Positions 55,152-64,000 of a DNA stretch of 64,000 nt are shown here, piece by piece. Under the pieces are notes generated by a model. It worked only from the letters and a program-made list of their open reading frames with translations, searched no databases and had not been told where the DNA came from. This DNA is from Thermodesulfobacteriota bacterium (GTDB lineage Bacteria > Desulfobacterota_D > UBA1144 > Nemesobacterales > Nemesobacteraceae), in contig OZ253668.1 in assembly GCA_965263275.1 (NCBI GenBank), positions 1,756,857-1,820,856 of the forward strand, read 5' to 3'. Made by a program: the position numbers and the translations under genes. The stretch's first letter is position 1. The number at the start of each line of letters is the position of its first letter.

Positions 55152-56381
55152 TTATGACGTTGCAAAGTTCTTCTCAAACAGCACTCCCTTTTCAAGCAGT
55201 GTGCACGCCACGTAAAGAAGACGGTCTCCCACCGAGCGCAAGGCCCTGTAATGACCGTGTCCCCTCCCGCGAAGCGCGTTGTATTTAGCCCTGCTTGCAG
55301 GGTCGCCCTGAATTGCCGTTCGAGCCCAGTGATAAATTGCGTTGACAAGTCTTTTATGCGAGGCTCTTCTTTGCGTAACGCGCTTGCTCTTTCCCGACTG
55401 CCTGGTTACCGGAGCCACGCCGCTTAGGCTGCGAAGCGATTTGTAATCGCGACGCCGAAACAGTTCACAGGCTTCACCGAGCATTGCGGCGAGCACAATC
55501 TTTCCCACCCCGGGAATTGACAGTAGAATCTCGACATCGTCGAATTCCGCTTCCCCTCGGCCGCTGCCGCCGACAGATATGATCCGAGAGTCAATCAGCT
55601 TCTCGGCATCCTTAAGCTGCCTCAGTACTGCTATCATGCGCTCCACAATGCTTTGAACGCGCATAACGCAGCCGCTTGCGGTTGCCGGGAAGATGTTCAT
55701 CTCCTTTGATCTCAGGATCTCCAAAACTCCTTTGGCGTCAATGCGGCGGATACCATGGCGCTTTAACAGTTTTTCAATCGTCCGAGGTCTTGCGCGCCTT
55801 GCGGCCTGCGGGGTGGGCACGCGTTGCCATAACTCGAGGAGCCATGGATGAAAGCGCTCGCCAATCAGTTCATTGAACTGGGGATAATACTTCCACAATT
55901 GCGCGCGCATGCGAGCCGCCAGGCGAGTGCGCTCCCCTACAAGCTCTTCTCTCATGCGGGAGAGTTCCCGAAGTTCTATGATGATCGGTTCCGGCGCCGT
56001 GAGTCTGCGGAAGTGACGTATATCCGTGCCAAGCGCCGAAGCAAGCACATGCGCGTCGCGGCGGTCGTCCTTCGCTCCCGAGGGAGAGAACCGGTCCCTG
56101 AACCGATCCAGCTGCTTGGGATTGATGGAATGGACACAGAAGCCGCGAGCCATAAGGCTTTCCACAACGGGACCGTGAGGCACCTCGATAGCCGCGGCGA
56201 CTTGCTGCGGTCCGGACTCGCAGACATCCACTATCCATTGAACCATCTCGCCGAGGCCTTTTCCCCCGTGGGGGAAAGAACGCTCTCCCAGGATGGAACC
56301 GCTCTGGTCAATAACGCAGACTTGGTGGGATTGGGAACCCCAGTCAATGCCCGCGAGGAATTTATAATTAACGGATTGCAT
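55152..56381 (-). CDS. IS110-family transposase/recombinase (DEDD RuvC-like N-terminus + C-terminal Tnp domain), element 1
   Basis: …FLAGIDWGSQSHQVCVIDQSG… (DEDD_Tnp_IS110 N-terminal domain) and …LLSIPGVGKIVLAAMLGE…APVTRQSGKSK… (Transposase_20 domain). Confidence 0.85.
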   Translation of the reverse strand: MQSVNYKFLAGIDWGSQSHQVCVIDQSGSILGERSFPHGGKGLGEMVQWIVDVCESGPQQVAAAIEVPHGPVVESLMARGFCVHSINPKQLDRFRDRFSPSGAKDDRRDAHVLASALGTDIRHFRRLTAPEPIIIELRELSRMREELVGERTRLAARMRAQLWKYYPQFNELIGERFHPWLLELWQRVPTPQAARRARPRTIEKLLKRHGIRRIDAKGVLEILRSKEMNIFPATASGCVMRVQSIVERMIAVLRQLKDAEKLIDSRIISVGGSGRGEAEFDDVEILLSIPGVGKIVLAAMLGEACELFRRRDYKSLRSLSGVAPVTRQSGKSKRVTQRRASHKRLVNAIYHWARTAIQGDPASRAKYNALRGRGHGHYRALRSVGDRLLYVACTLLEKGVLFEKNFATS

Positions 56382-56684
56382 GATAAGTTAATACCTCCTA
56401 GTCATTAAATCGGGTCGGCCGTGATTACTTCCTATTCCAGTACGGGTGCTCCAGGGCACAGACTTTCTACCGGGAATAAAATCACGGTATTCGGTCGAGG
56501 CGCATGTCCTACCGAGGCACTCTTGGTGCGGGAAGTTACAAGGCAGCTCTCGACCGAATGACCCGTGTTTCTATTTAAACCTTAATTTCGCTGAGAAAAA
56601 AACCGAAGGAATGGTACTGGAAGTTCGTGCCTCTGAGCACCTCCGTATCGGAGCAGACACACACATCACGGCAAACCCGATTTA

Positions 56685-57968
56685 ATGACTAGGAGGTATT
56701 ACTATATCATGAACAATGATAAATCATTATTTTTTGCAGGCGTCGACTGGGGATCCCAATCCCACTACGTCTGCCTCATTGACCAAAACGGTTCCATTCT
56801 CAAGGAAAACTCCTTCAGGCACAGCGGCGAAGGCCTTTGGAATATGGGTGACTGGTTAATTGAAGAGACAGGCTCAATCCCGGAGAATGTCGCCGTAGGA
56901 ATTGAAGTCACTCGCGGTCCCGTCGTGGAAAGCCTCATGGCTCGCGGCTTTGATCTTCACTCCATCAACCCAAAACAACTGGACCGATTCCGCGACAGAT
57001 TCTCCGCCGCCGGAGCGAAGGACGACCGCAGAGATGCCATGGTGCTCGCCTCGGCTCTTCGTACCGACAGACGTCACTTCCGCTCTCTGGAACCCCAGTA
57101 CGAGGATATCACGATCCTGCGCAGCCTCTCGCGCAGAAGAGAGGAACTTGTGTTTGAACGCAATCGCTGGACTAATCGACTGAGCGACCAGTGGTGGACT
57201 TACTATCCCCAGTTCAAAGAAGTGGTGGGCGACGACACTGTCCGCCCCTGGATTATTGAATTATGGAGACTTGCTCAAACACCTGATGCCGCAAGGCGAA
57301 TCAGAGTGTCCTCTGTGCAGAAGATACTCAAGCGCCACAGAATACGACGTATCGACGCGCAGCAAGTGCTTGGGATTATTCGCTCAAAAGAAATAAACCT
57401 CATGCAGGCAACAGTTTCAAGCTGCGTTTGGCGTGTGAAGAGCATTATTGAGTTCCTCGATATCGTCAACAGACAGCTCAAGGAAATCGAGACCCGTATC
57501 AAGGAGATGCTCCATTCAATCATCTCTCGGGAGAAAACTGAAAACGCGGGGACAGGAAAACCAAGCGATGTCGAAATCCTCCTGTCCATGCCGGGAATCG
57601 GCTTTGTCACTGCCGCCACGCTGGTCTCCGAGGCTTATGATCTGATACGACGACGCGACTACAAGGCGCTTCGGTGCGTTGTCGGCACAGCTCCGGTGAC
57701 AAAACAGTCGGGCAAGAGCAAGTATGTCATGCGGCGCCGAACATCGTCTCGCAGACTTCAGACAGCGATCTACCACTGGGCAGGGGTAGCGGTTCTGCAC
57801 GATCCCGTAAGCAAAGCCCGCTACGCCTCGCTACGGGCACGGGGACTGCGCCATTCCAGGTCTCTTCGCACCGTCGGCGACCGTCTTCTCTATGTTGCCT
57901 GCACCCTGCTCAAAAAAGGAGAAATGTTCCGCAAAGACTTCAAGGAACTGCAAAAGGAAGCCGCCTGA
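56685..57968 (+). CDS. IS110-family transposase/recombinase, element 2 (about 55% identical to element 1)
   Basis: …FFAGVDWGSQSHYVCLIDQNG… and …LLSMPGIGFVTAATLVSE…APVTKQSGKSK… Same domain order as element 1 but clearly diverged. Confidence 0.85.
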   Translation: MTRRYYYIMNNDKSLFFAGVDWGSQSHYVCLIDQNGSILKENSFRHSGEGLWNMGDWLIEETGSIPENVAVGIEVTRGPVVESLMARGFDLHSINPKQLDRFRDRFSAAGAKDDRRDAMVLASALRTDRRHFRSLEPQYEDITILRSLSRRREELVFERNRWTNRLSDQWWTYYPQFKEVVGDDTVRPWIIELWRLAQTPDAARRIRVSSVQKILKRHRIRRIDAQQVLGIIRSKEINLMQATVSSCVWRVKSIIEFLDIVNRQLKEIETRIKEMLHSIISREKTENAGTGKPSDVEILLSMPGIGFVTAATLVSEAYDLIRRRDYKALRCVVGTAPVTKQSGKSKYVMRRRTSSRRLQTAIYHWAGVAVLHDPVSKARYASLRARGLRHSRSLRTVGDRLLYVACTLLKKGEMFRKDFKELQKEAA

Positions 57969-58076
57969 TAGCGATTGCCAACAGGCTTCCCAATAGAAAA
58001 AACGAGGAGGCGCCTCAAAAAAACTGAATCCGCTATATATATAAATTTAACACTTGATGAAAGGTAGGAAGTCCCC

Positions 58077-58609
<533 letters not shown>

Positions 58610-58981
58610 TTAAGTAGCCGTAGCGCCCAAGAAAAAACATGTTTGCCACTGCACCCGCTGGGAAAGTTCTGAACGAAGAGACTATAATGGCGCTTACCCG
58701 CAAACTGTTACCGAAGGACCCGGATTTGGGACGCCGTCGCGATCGTATTCTCGCTACATTTTAATCATAGGATCATCCAAGCCAACTGGGCTGAGAAAGT
58801 ATTCGGAGAAGGTAGTTTCTTCGGGGATGAGCTGGGCGAAGATATGTCTCAAGGAAGCTGGATTGGAGGACATCTTGGCCTGTTTCAGGCCGTCTTTGGC
58901 CACGGGGGGATAGCCATTTTGAGATGCTAAGCCGCCTTGCCAGATAATAATTCACGGTATGAGATGGCGTACCATTCAAAT

Positions 58982-59011
58982 TTGACTTTGAGTTGACCTC
59001 CCTTATATAAT
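58982..59011 (+). promoter_or_regulatory. Sigma70-like promoter for B1
   Basis: TTGACT (58982-58987), 18-nt spacer, TATAAT (59006-59011). AGGAGG RBS 8 nt before GTG 59108. Confidence 0.45.
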
Positions 59012-59107
59012 AGAACTAACTAGTCGTTTGCTATTTATCGGTTGTTACGAGGTTTCGGCGGAAAGGGTCAGGCGGCGGGGATTTGTAACTGTTCAGGAGG
59101 TGCTGAT

Positions 59108-59941
59108 GTGAAAGCGGTAAGATGTATTGGAAAGGCAGTTCTGATTATGGTCGTGTTTTTTCTTTCTGGTTCCGGGAATGTCTTAGCGCAAGCTAATTCT
59201 GTACAAACTCTGTGGACGACAACCTTTACTGTAGGAAGTTTTACTGACAATAACGGTATATTTGGCGATGAAGGTACGTTTTACTCTGGATATGACGGTG
59301 CCACGCGTATAGGCAGTATCAGCGATTACAATTTCTCTTATGAAGGTGTTACTTATAAAGTTAAGGCCATTGTGAGAGTCGGCGATAGGGTGAGACTTGA
59401 ATTTTATAATCCAGCTTTTAGAACGGCAGGGAGCCACAAGAACAGAACTTTTTATCTGAATATCGGGGATTCCACATCGCTTGATTTCAGAGATGAGGAT
59501 TCGGATACAGCAACCACATGGCGAGGGGTGCGACGCGACTGGACAGGCCAGACATATGACTGGACTGACGGTCAGGAAATCAGTGTCAGCATAACCACCA
59601 AATATCTTGACGGAAGTCTCAGCTTACCTTCTGATGGAACGAGTGGAAAATTAGGCATATTTGATGACCCCGATAACGACGGTACTGGGCAGTGGGAGAG
59701 AATATGCGATGACGAATGGGATAATACGAACGCGGAGGTTGCGTGCAGCCAGTTAGGCTTCTCTGGGGGCACTGCGACAAGCGAACAGGGTGCATCCCTT
59801 AGCATCGCAGAAACCTTCTTGCTGGACGATGTAGACTGCGATGGTACGGAAGACAGGGTGATTGACTGTGAGCATGCCGGTCGTAACATGCACGATTGCG
59901 CTGCACAGGAAACTGCCGGGGTTATTTGTACTTCCCCTTAA
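59108..59941 (+). CDS. Secreted protein with C-terminal SRCR domain, copy B1 (diverged paralog of A1)
   Basis: GTG start with RBS. Signal peptide VKAVRCIGKAVLIMVVFFLSGSGNVLA. SRCR region …GQWERICDDEWDNTNAEVACSQLGFSGG…ETFLLDDVDCDGTEDRVIDCEHAGRNMHDCAAQETAGVICT. The N-terminal domain is only about 45% identical to A1, whereas the SRCR half is about 85-90% identical at the nucleotide level. Confidence 0.75.
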   Translation: MKAVRCIGKAVLIMVVFFLSGSGNVLAQANSVQTLWTTTFTVGSFTDNNGIFGDEGTFYSGYDGATRIGSISDYNFSYEGVTYKVKAIVRVGDRVRLEFYNPAFRTAGSHKNRTFYLNIGDSTSLDFRDEDSDTATTWRGVRRDWTGQTYDWTDGQEISVSITTKYLDGSLSLPSDGTSGKLGIFDDPDNDGTGQWERICDDEWDNTNAEVACSQLGFSGGTATSEQGASLSIAETFLLDDVDCDGTEDRVIDCEHAGRNMHDCAAQETAGVICTSP

Positions 59942-59969
59942 ACCATTTCAATAAAACTTGGGAGTTAAG

Positions 59970-60136
59970 ATGAATATGAACAGATCATTAAGACTGGTGG
60001 TATTTCTATGTGTTCTTGCGGTTGTATTTTCTGATGGACGCGTTGCTGTGGATACCATTCAAAACGGTTTGTTGAGTTTCTTTTTAACCCTGTCAGTATT
60101 GCTTTTGTCCATATCATTAAAAAGACGTTCAGTTTG
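59970..60136 (+). pseudogene. Internally deleted remnant of the sCache gene (signal peptide fused directly to C-terminal anchor, 55 codons)
   Basis: MNMNRSLRLVVFLCVLAVVFSDGRVAVDTIQNGLLSFFLTLSVLLLSISLKRRSV. The junction gctgtgg|ataccattc corresponds to A2 gctgtgg(53437)… and …gctgagg|ataccattc (about 54492), i.e. a microhomology-mediated deletion. Confidence 0.7.
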
Positions 60137-60362
60137 AAAATAGCTGGTAGTGCTTGAATTTATGCGCAGTGCGCCGAGCTAACTAACATAATATCAGGGT
60201 AGCCTGTGAGAGTAGCTACCCTGATATTATGTTGTACGTCTCTTCATCCGCGGTCTAGACGGAGTGGCAGTGCTTGCTGTCCAGGAGAGCAGCAAGAAAG
60301 CTTCGTTATCCGTAGCACTGAGTCACTTCTCTCTTTCTTTGGGGCTGTCCGGAAGCCCCCCC
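60137..60362 (+). ncRNA. Conserved structured non-coding element (copy 2)
   Basis: Perfect 18-bp hairpin acataatatcagggtagc / gctaccctgatattatgt (60186-60232) and a second hairpin cttgctg…cagcaag. Compensatory differences relative to copy 1 improve the pairing. Confidence 0.4.
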
Positions 60363-60416
60363 AATCCCCACATTCATTGACACCAAGATAGGCTTTCGGT
60401 AATCTGGGAGAGTCGG

Positions 60417-60710
60417 ATGGAACAAAGAGCGCTTATCCTCGTGAAGGGAAGGGTACAGGGAGTTTATTTCAGAGTCTCAGCGGCGCAGACGGCGGCTAAG
60501 CTTTGCATCAGGGGACACGTGGAAAACCTTGCGGACGGTAACGTGAGAATAGTCGCCGAAGGAACGACCGAGAACCTCAAGAAACTGATCGAGTGGTGCG
60601 GAGAGGGCCCGCCCCGCGCGAAAGTGGAATCGGTTGAATTCAATTTGCTGCCCCCGGAGGGAGGATTCATCGGTTTTCGCATAAACAAGACTCAGAGGAG
60701 ATCAGATTGA
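60417..60710 (+). CDS. acyP: Acylphosphatase
   Basis: [19 protein letters not shown]…RGHVENLADGNVRIVAEG…L…GPP.A.V. 97 aa, with the acylphosphatase signatures VxGxVQGVxFR and GxVxNxxDGxV. Confidence 0.9.
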   Translation: MEQRALILVKGRVQGVYFRVSAAQTAAKLCIRGHVENLADGNVRIVAEGTTENLKKLIEWCGEGPPRAKVESVEFNLLPPEGGFIGFRINKTQRRSD

Positions 60711-61348
60711 TAATAAAATGCGTCCCGGGCGGGATATTCATTGAGAATTGCTATATCATAGGGGATGAAGAGACCAACGAGGCGATGCTCGTTGACCCAG
60801 GAGAGCAGATAGAGGAGATATCCGCGGAAATTGAAAGATCGGGACTCGAGGTAAAAAAAATAGTCAACACCCACGCGCATCTGGATCATGTGGCCGGTGT
60901 TGAGGCTTTTAAAGAGAAGCTCGGCATACCCTTTTACATACACCAAAAAGAACAGCCCGTGCTTGACGTGCTTCCCGAGGCGAAGATGAGGTTTCCCGGA
61001 TTTGACTTTGTCGAGGTCCCCGAGGTAGACGGCTACGTGAAAGAAGGAGATACGCTTTCAGTCGGGAATCTCAGGGGAGAGATTCTGCTTGTCCCGGGAC
61101 ACACCTGGGGGCACATATGTTTTGTTTTCGAAGAATCCATAATAGCGGGTGACACGGTTTTCGCGGGGAGCGTCGGCAGAGTGGATCTTACTGGGGGAAC
61201 AACAATGGCGGAACTTGTCGGGTCAATCCGCTCCGAGATTCTTAAATATCCCGACCACTATGAAATCCATCCAGGCCACGGTCCCCGAACGACCGTGGGG
61301 ATTGAAAAAAGCACCAACCCTTTTCTTATTGGAACTTTTGCGCTGTAA
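60707..61348 (+). CDS. MBL-fold metallo-hydrolase (glyoxalase II-like)
   Basis: THAHLDHVAGV (HxHxDH), …LLVPGHTWGHICF…, …HPGHG. 213 aa. Confidence 0.8.
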   Translation: MIIKCVPGGIFIENCYIIGDEETNEAMLVDPGEQIEEISAEIERSGLEVKKIVNTHAHLDHVAGVEAFKEKLGIPFYIHQKEQPVLDVLPEAKMRFPGFDFVEVPEVDGYVKEGDTLSVGNLRGEILLVPGHTWGHICFVFEESIIAGDTVFAGSVGRVDLTGGTTMAELVGSIRSEILKYPDHYEIHPGHGPRTTVGIEKSTNPFLIGTFAL

Positions 61349-61354
61349 AGACAT

Positions 61355-61630
61355 ATGAAACCGGGGAAATTCATCAGGCTGGCTCTGTATTCGGTAATCG
61401 CCGTGGTGGTGGCCTTGGTGTTTTTCAACGAGATTTCCAAGGTCTATTTTCTCAAAAACGAAAACAAGAGGATAGAGAAGAGAATAGAGGACTTAAAGGC
61501 GCAGAACAGCGCTTACAGAAAGGAAATAGACGCCATAAAGCAAGACCAAAGATACCTTGAGAAAATACTGAGAGAAGAGCTGGGGATGATAAAAGATAAA
61601 GAAAAGATATTCAGGTTCAAGGAAGAATAA
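61355..61630 (+). CDS. Septum formation initiator family protein (FtsB/DivIC-like)
   Basis: 91 aa. N-terminal TM helix then a coiled coil (…NKRIEKRIEDLKAQNSAYRKEIDAIKQDQRYLEKILREELGM), matching the FtsB signature …REELG(M/L)…. Confidence 0.7.
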   Translation: MKPGKFIRLALYSVIAVVVALVFFNEISKVYFLKNENKRIEKRIEDLKAQNSAYRKEIDAIKQDQRYLEKILREELGMIKDKEKIFRFKEE

Positions 61631-61797
61631 CTTTGCGGGCTTCATTATTTTGTTTTCGTACTCAAGAGTTGCTCTAAAGTAGTATCCGTTTGCTTCACTG
61701 GCGGGTGATCCCGCGTAATCTCCGAAAATATAGAATCAGAGTATAGTTTTACGGTTGTATTTTCCCGCGGGGTCGGGATCGATACCGGTTTTCGCGA

Positions 61798-62616
61798 GTG
61801 GATAATATGGAGCAGGAAGAAACATTTCGCCATACTAAAAGGCTCGGACAGAATTTTCTGAACGACCCAAACATACTGCGTAAAATCAGCGCTGCCGCAG
61901 AACTCCGGGAAGAAGACCATGTGATTGAAATCGGTCCCGGCAAAGGCAGCCTCACCGAACATCTCACGCTTGGTGCCGGCAGAGTCACGGCGATTGAAAA
62001 AGACAGTAGACTCAAAATCTTTCTTGATGAAAAATTCGGAGAATCCGAAACCGTCAGGTTTGTTTACGAAGACGCCCTTAAAGTCAGTTTCAGTCGTTTT
62101 TCCGCTGGAGGAGAAATGAAGCTCGTATCCAATCTTCCCTATAATATATCCACCCGGATTCTGCTGAAGCTTCTTGATGAAAGAGAGCTTTTCTCGAAAA
62201 TAGTCGTCATGCTGCAAAAAGAAGTGGCGCAGAGAATATCCTCTCCAAGGGGACGAAAAAGTTACGGTTCCCTGTCTGTGCTTCTTCAGAGTTGTTTCAG
62301 TATAAAGCTTGCCTTCAAAGTTTCGCGCCGCGCGTTTTATCCGGTTCCCGATGTGGATTCGGCGGTGGTGATCCTTGATCCGCTGAAAGAACCCGTGTTT
62401 TCGGTATCAAGAGAGAAGATATTCAGGGCCGTTACAAGGCATGCGTTTTCCTCGCGGAGAAAAACCATAAGGAATTCGCTCGGTAATTTCTTTGAGAGGG
62501 AGACAGTTGAGCGGGCACTTTCCGATTCGCGTATCGATCAGGGAAGAAGGGCTGAATCGCTTTCAGTTGAGGAATTCGCGAGATTGGCGGACAGTTTCCA
62601 CGAAATAAATCAGTAG
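61798..62616 (+). CDS. rsmA: 16S rRNA (adenine1518/1519-N6)-dimethyltransferase
   Basis: …RLGQNFLNDPNILRKI…VIEIGPGKGSLTEHL…LVSNLPYNIST… is canonical KsgA/RsmA. Confidence 0.92.
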   Translation: MDNMEQEETFRHTKRLGQNFLNDPNILRKISAAAELREEDHVIEIGPGKGSLTEHLTLGAGRVTAIEKDSRLKIFLDEKFGESETVRFVYEDALKVSFSRFSAGGEMKLVSNLPYNISTRILLKLLDERELFSKIVVMLQKEVAQRISSPRGRKSYGSLSVLLQSCFSIKLAFKVSRRAFYPVPDVDSAVVILDPLKEPVFSVSREKIFRAVTRHAFSSRRKTIRNSLGNFFERETVERALSDSRIDQGRRAESLSVEEFARLADSFHEINQ

Positions 62617-63989
62617 ACAAGTTCGCGCAGAAGCAGGTTCTGAAGTTTTTTTACCCTCGCCCCCATGCCGTTTGATATGATGGAAAAAACGTAAACCCGC
62701 CCGTTTTTCCCGAAGGCGTAACCGGATAGGGATCTGGCTCCTTCAAGATATCCGGTCTTCGCGTAGACCTTGCCCTTGAGATTGCGAAACCTCTTCTTAA
62801 GAGTTCCGTCAACCCCGGCGATCGGAAGGGATGCGATAAACTCATCGGAAATATCCGGATCTTCGTATACCTTGGCGAGTGCCTGGGTTATATCTTCCGG
62901 GGAGACCCTGTTCAGCCTTGAAAGACCGGAGCCGTCGGCCATGGAGAAGTTTCCGTTAAGACCGATTTTCCTCAGATGATTTTCAATTACGTACGTACCG
63001 GATTTCCATGAACCTGGGGCACTGAAATACTTGGCTCCGATCACCTTGACTATGCTTTCTCCGATTATATTGACGCTTTCTTTGTTGTACTCACGGATAA
63101 TGGCGCCCAGAGGTTCTGAGTAATGGGTGAATATTTTTCCGGTCCACCGGGGTACTCTCCTGCGGTCTATATTTCCGTTTACCTCGATTCCATTTTCTTC
63201 AAGAACTTGCTTGAGTACCGACCCGAAGTAAAAAAACGGGTCGGGTACCGAAAGCTCCAGGGTTTCAGCTTTTTTCCGGGAGGAGACGTATCCGGAGATC
63301 CTGAGCTCATTTCGTTCGTTGTATTGCGCTCTCACGCCCGATTTTTTTAGCGACGTGGAAACCCTGTTTCTAATCGGAAAGGGAAACTCTGCGGGCTCCG
63401 TTCTCACTGTCGCGGGTGCCCCCTGCACCCCGGAAGCGGAAATCCTTATCTTGGCCGAGTTGTAATTAAACGAAATCGCCGTCACGGGAGGGCAGAAGCT
63501 TTTGCCGAACCACTCAGGGTCCCAGCCCTCTCCGTAATGGATATCGTCAAAATACGAACCGTCGAGGTAAATCCCACCCTCGATTCCCGTTATCCCGAGG
63601 GCTTTAATTCGCCCCGCGATCTCCCGAATCTTCTCGATGTCTATAGAGGGATCTCCGAATCCTTTTACGTAAAGACCGCCGTAGCCGACTCCCGAGTGTA
63701 TTCCTCCGCCCAGATAGAAATCCGTTTTGAAGCGAAAATCCTTCCCGAGAAGCGAAAGCGCCGCGACTGAGGAAAGTATCTTGTTGTTGGAGGCGGGAAT
63801 GAATTCCTTTTTGCTGTTGTAGCGGAAAACCGTTTTGCCGGTATCGGCGGAGCGGACCATGATCCCGATTTTCCCCCGCGACGAGGCGTTTTTTGAAATA
63901 AAGGAGAGGATCTTCTTCTGGTTTACTTCAGCGTAGGAAGATGCTGCAGGCAGAAAAGCGAAAAATAAAACCAGTGCGCGCAGAATCAA
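62610..63989 (-). CDS. dacB: D-alanyl-D-alanine carboxypeptidase/endopeptidase, PBP4 (S13) family
   Basis: Signal peptide MILRALVLFFAFLPAASSYA. …FIPASNNKILSSVAAL… (SxxK active site), …SGSGL…, and the KTG motif AKTGYLEG. Confidence 0.8.
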   Translation of the reverse strand: MILRALVLFFAFLPAASSYAEVNQKKILSFISKNASSRGKIGIMVRSADTGKTVFRYNSKKEFIPASNNKILSSVAALSLLGKDFRFKTDFYLGGGIHSGVGYGGLYVKGFGDPSIDIEKIREIAGRIKALGITGIEGGIYLDGSYFDDIHYGEGWDPEWFGKSFCPPVTAISFNYNSAKIRISASGVQGAPATVRTEPAEFPFPIRNRVSTSLKKSGVRAQYNERNELRISGYVSSRKKAETLELSVPDPFFYFGSVLKQVLEENGIEVNGNIDRRRVPRWTGKIFTHYSEPLGAIIREYNKESVNIIGESIVKVIGAKYFSAPGSWKSGTYVIENHLRKIGLNGNFSMADGSGLSRLNRVSPEDITQALAKVYEDPDISDEFIASLPIAGVDGTLKKRFRNLKGKVYAKTGYLEGARSLSGYAFGKNGRVYVFSIISNGMGARVKKLQNLLLRELVY

Positions 63990-64000
63990 GGTTTTTCTTC

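Larger units (their letters stand above)
54813..58076. mobile_element. About 3.26 kb insertion of two divergently oriented IS110-family elements into duplication copy 1
   Basis: Absent from copy 2, where about 15 bp (aatccccacattcat) occupy the same place. Contains two IS110/IS1111-like recombinase genes head to head with similar leaders (…cccgatttaatgactaggaggtatta…ATG). No TSD, as usual for IS110. Confidence 0.65.

Noticed and set aside
61645-62217. 190-aa minus-strand ORF
   Set aside because: It is antisense to rsmA/ksgA, which carries the full methyltransferase signature.

Overview
This 64 kb window is bacterial chromosomal DNA at about 50% GC, dense with genes on both strands. It mixes a housekeeping backbone with several accessory or disrupted segments.

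Backbone genes, in order:
- phoH (partial), an outer-membrane beta-barrel protein, and a purC / DUF1289 / oxidoreductase operon.
- tRNA-Val, then thrS-infC-rpmI-rplT.
- An endonuclease III-like glycosylase and an NCS2-type permease.
- gcvT-gcvH-gcvP, a SurA-like PPIase, mfd, leuB, an FAH hydrolase and truA.
- An OppB-like permease, a large S41 protease and an AmiS/UreI channel.
- nth, nuoJKL, a cytochrome c, and Rrf2-sufBCD plus a Rieske protein.
- A DUF35 / thiolase pair, an LLM oxidoreductase, cysH with a PiT-family (CysP-like) permease, and pyrE.
- A GT87-like membrane protein, thrC, acyP, an MBL hydrolase, FtsB, rsmA and a PBP4-type carboxypeptidase.

Accessory or unusual content:
1. An intact ISNCY-family IS at 5659-7069, flanked by a 17-bp target-site duplication. 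It sits just upstream of tRNA-Val, next to a 367-aa hypothetical protein with a HEPN-like RNxxxH motif.
2. An AbiEi/AbiEii abortive-infection pair whose toxin carries a 1-nt frameshift.
3. A small-protein gene followed by two tandem acetoacetate-decarboxylase (ADC)-family paralogs and a hypothetical, in an AT-rich-flanked islet at 31.2-35.2 kb.
4. A roughly 3 kb head-to-tail segmental duplication, the most striking region. The repeated block is [thrC 5' end - secreted SRCR-domain protein - double sCache_2-like anchored protein - conserved structured non-coding element - acyP 5' end]. The duplication junction is at 58172/58173. Copy 1 is invaded by two divergent IS110-family recombinase elements (54813-58076). 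Copy 2 carries a microhomology deletion that fuses the signal peptide to the C-terminal anchor of the sCache-like gene.

Two further genes, the thiolase and the AbiEii toxin, look frameshifted. No rRNA or CRISPR arrays were seen.
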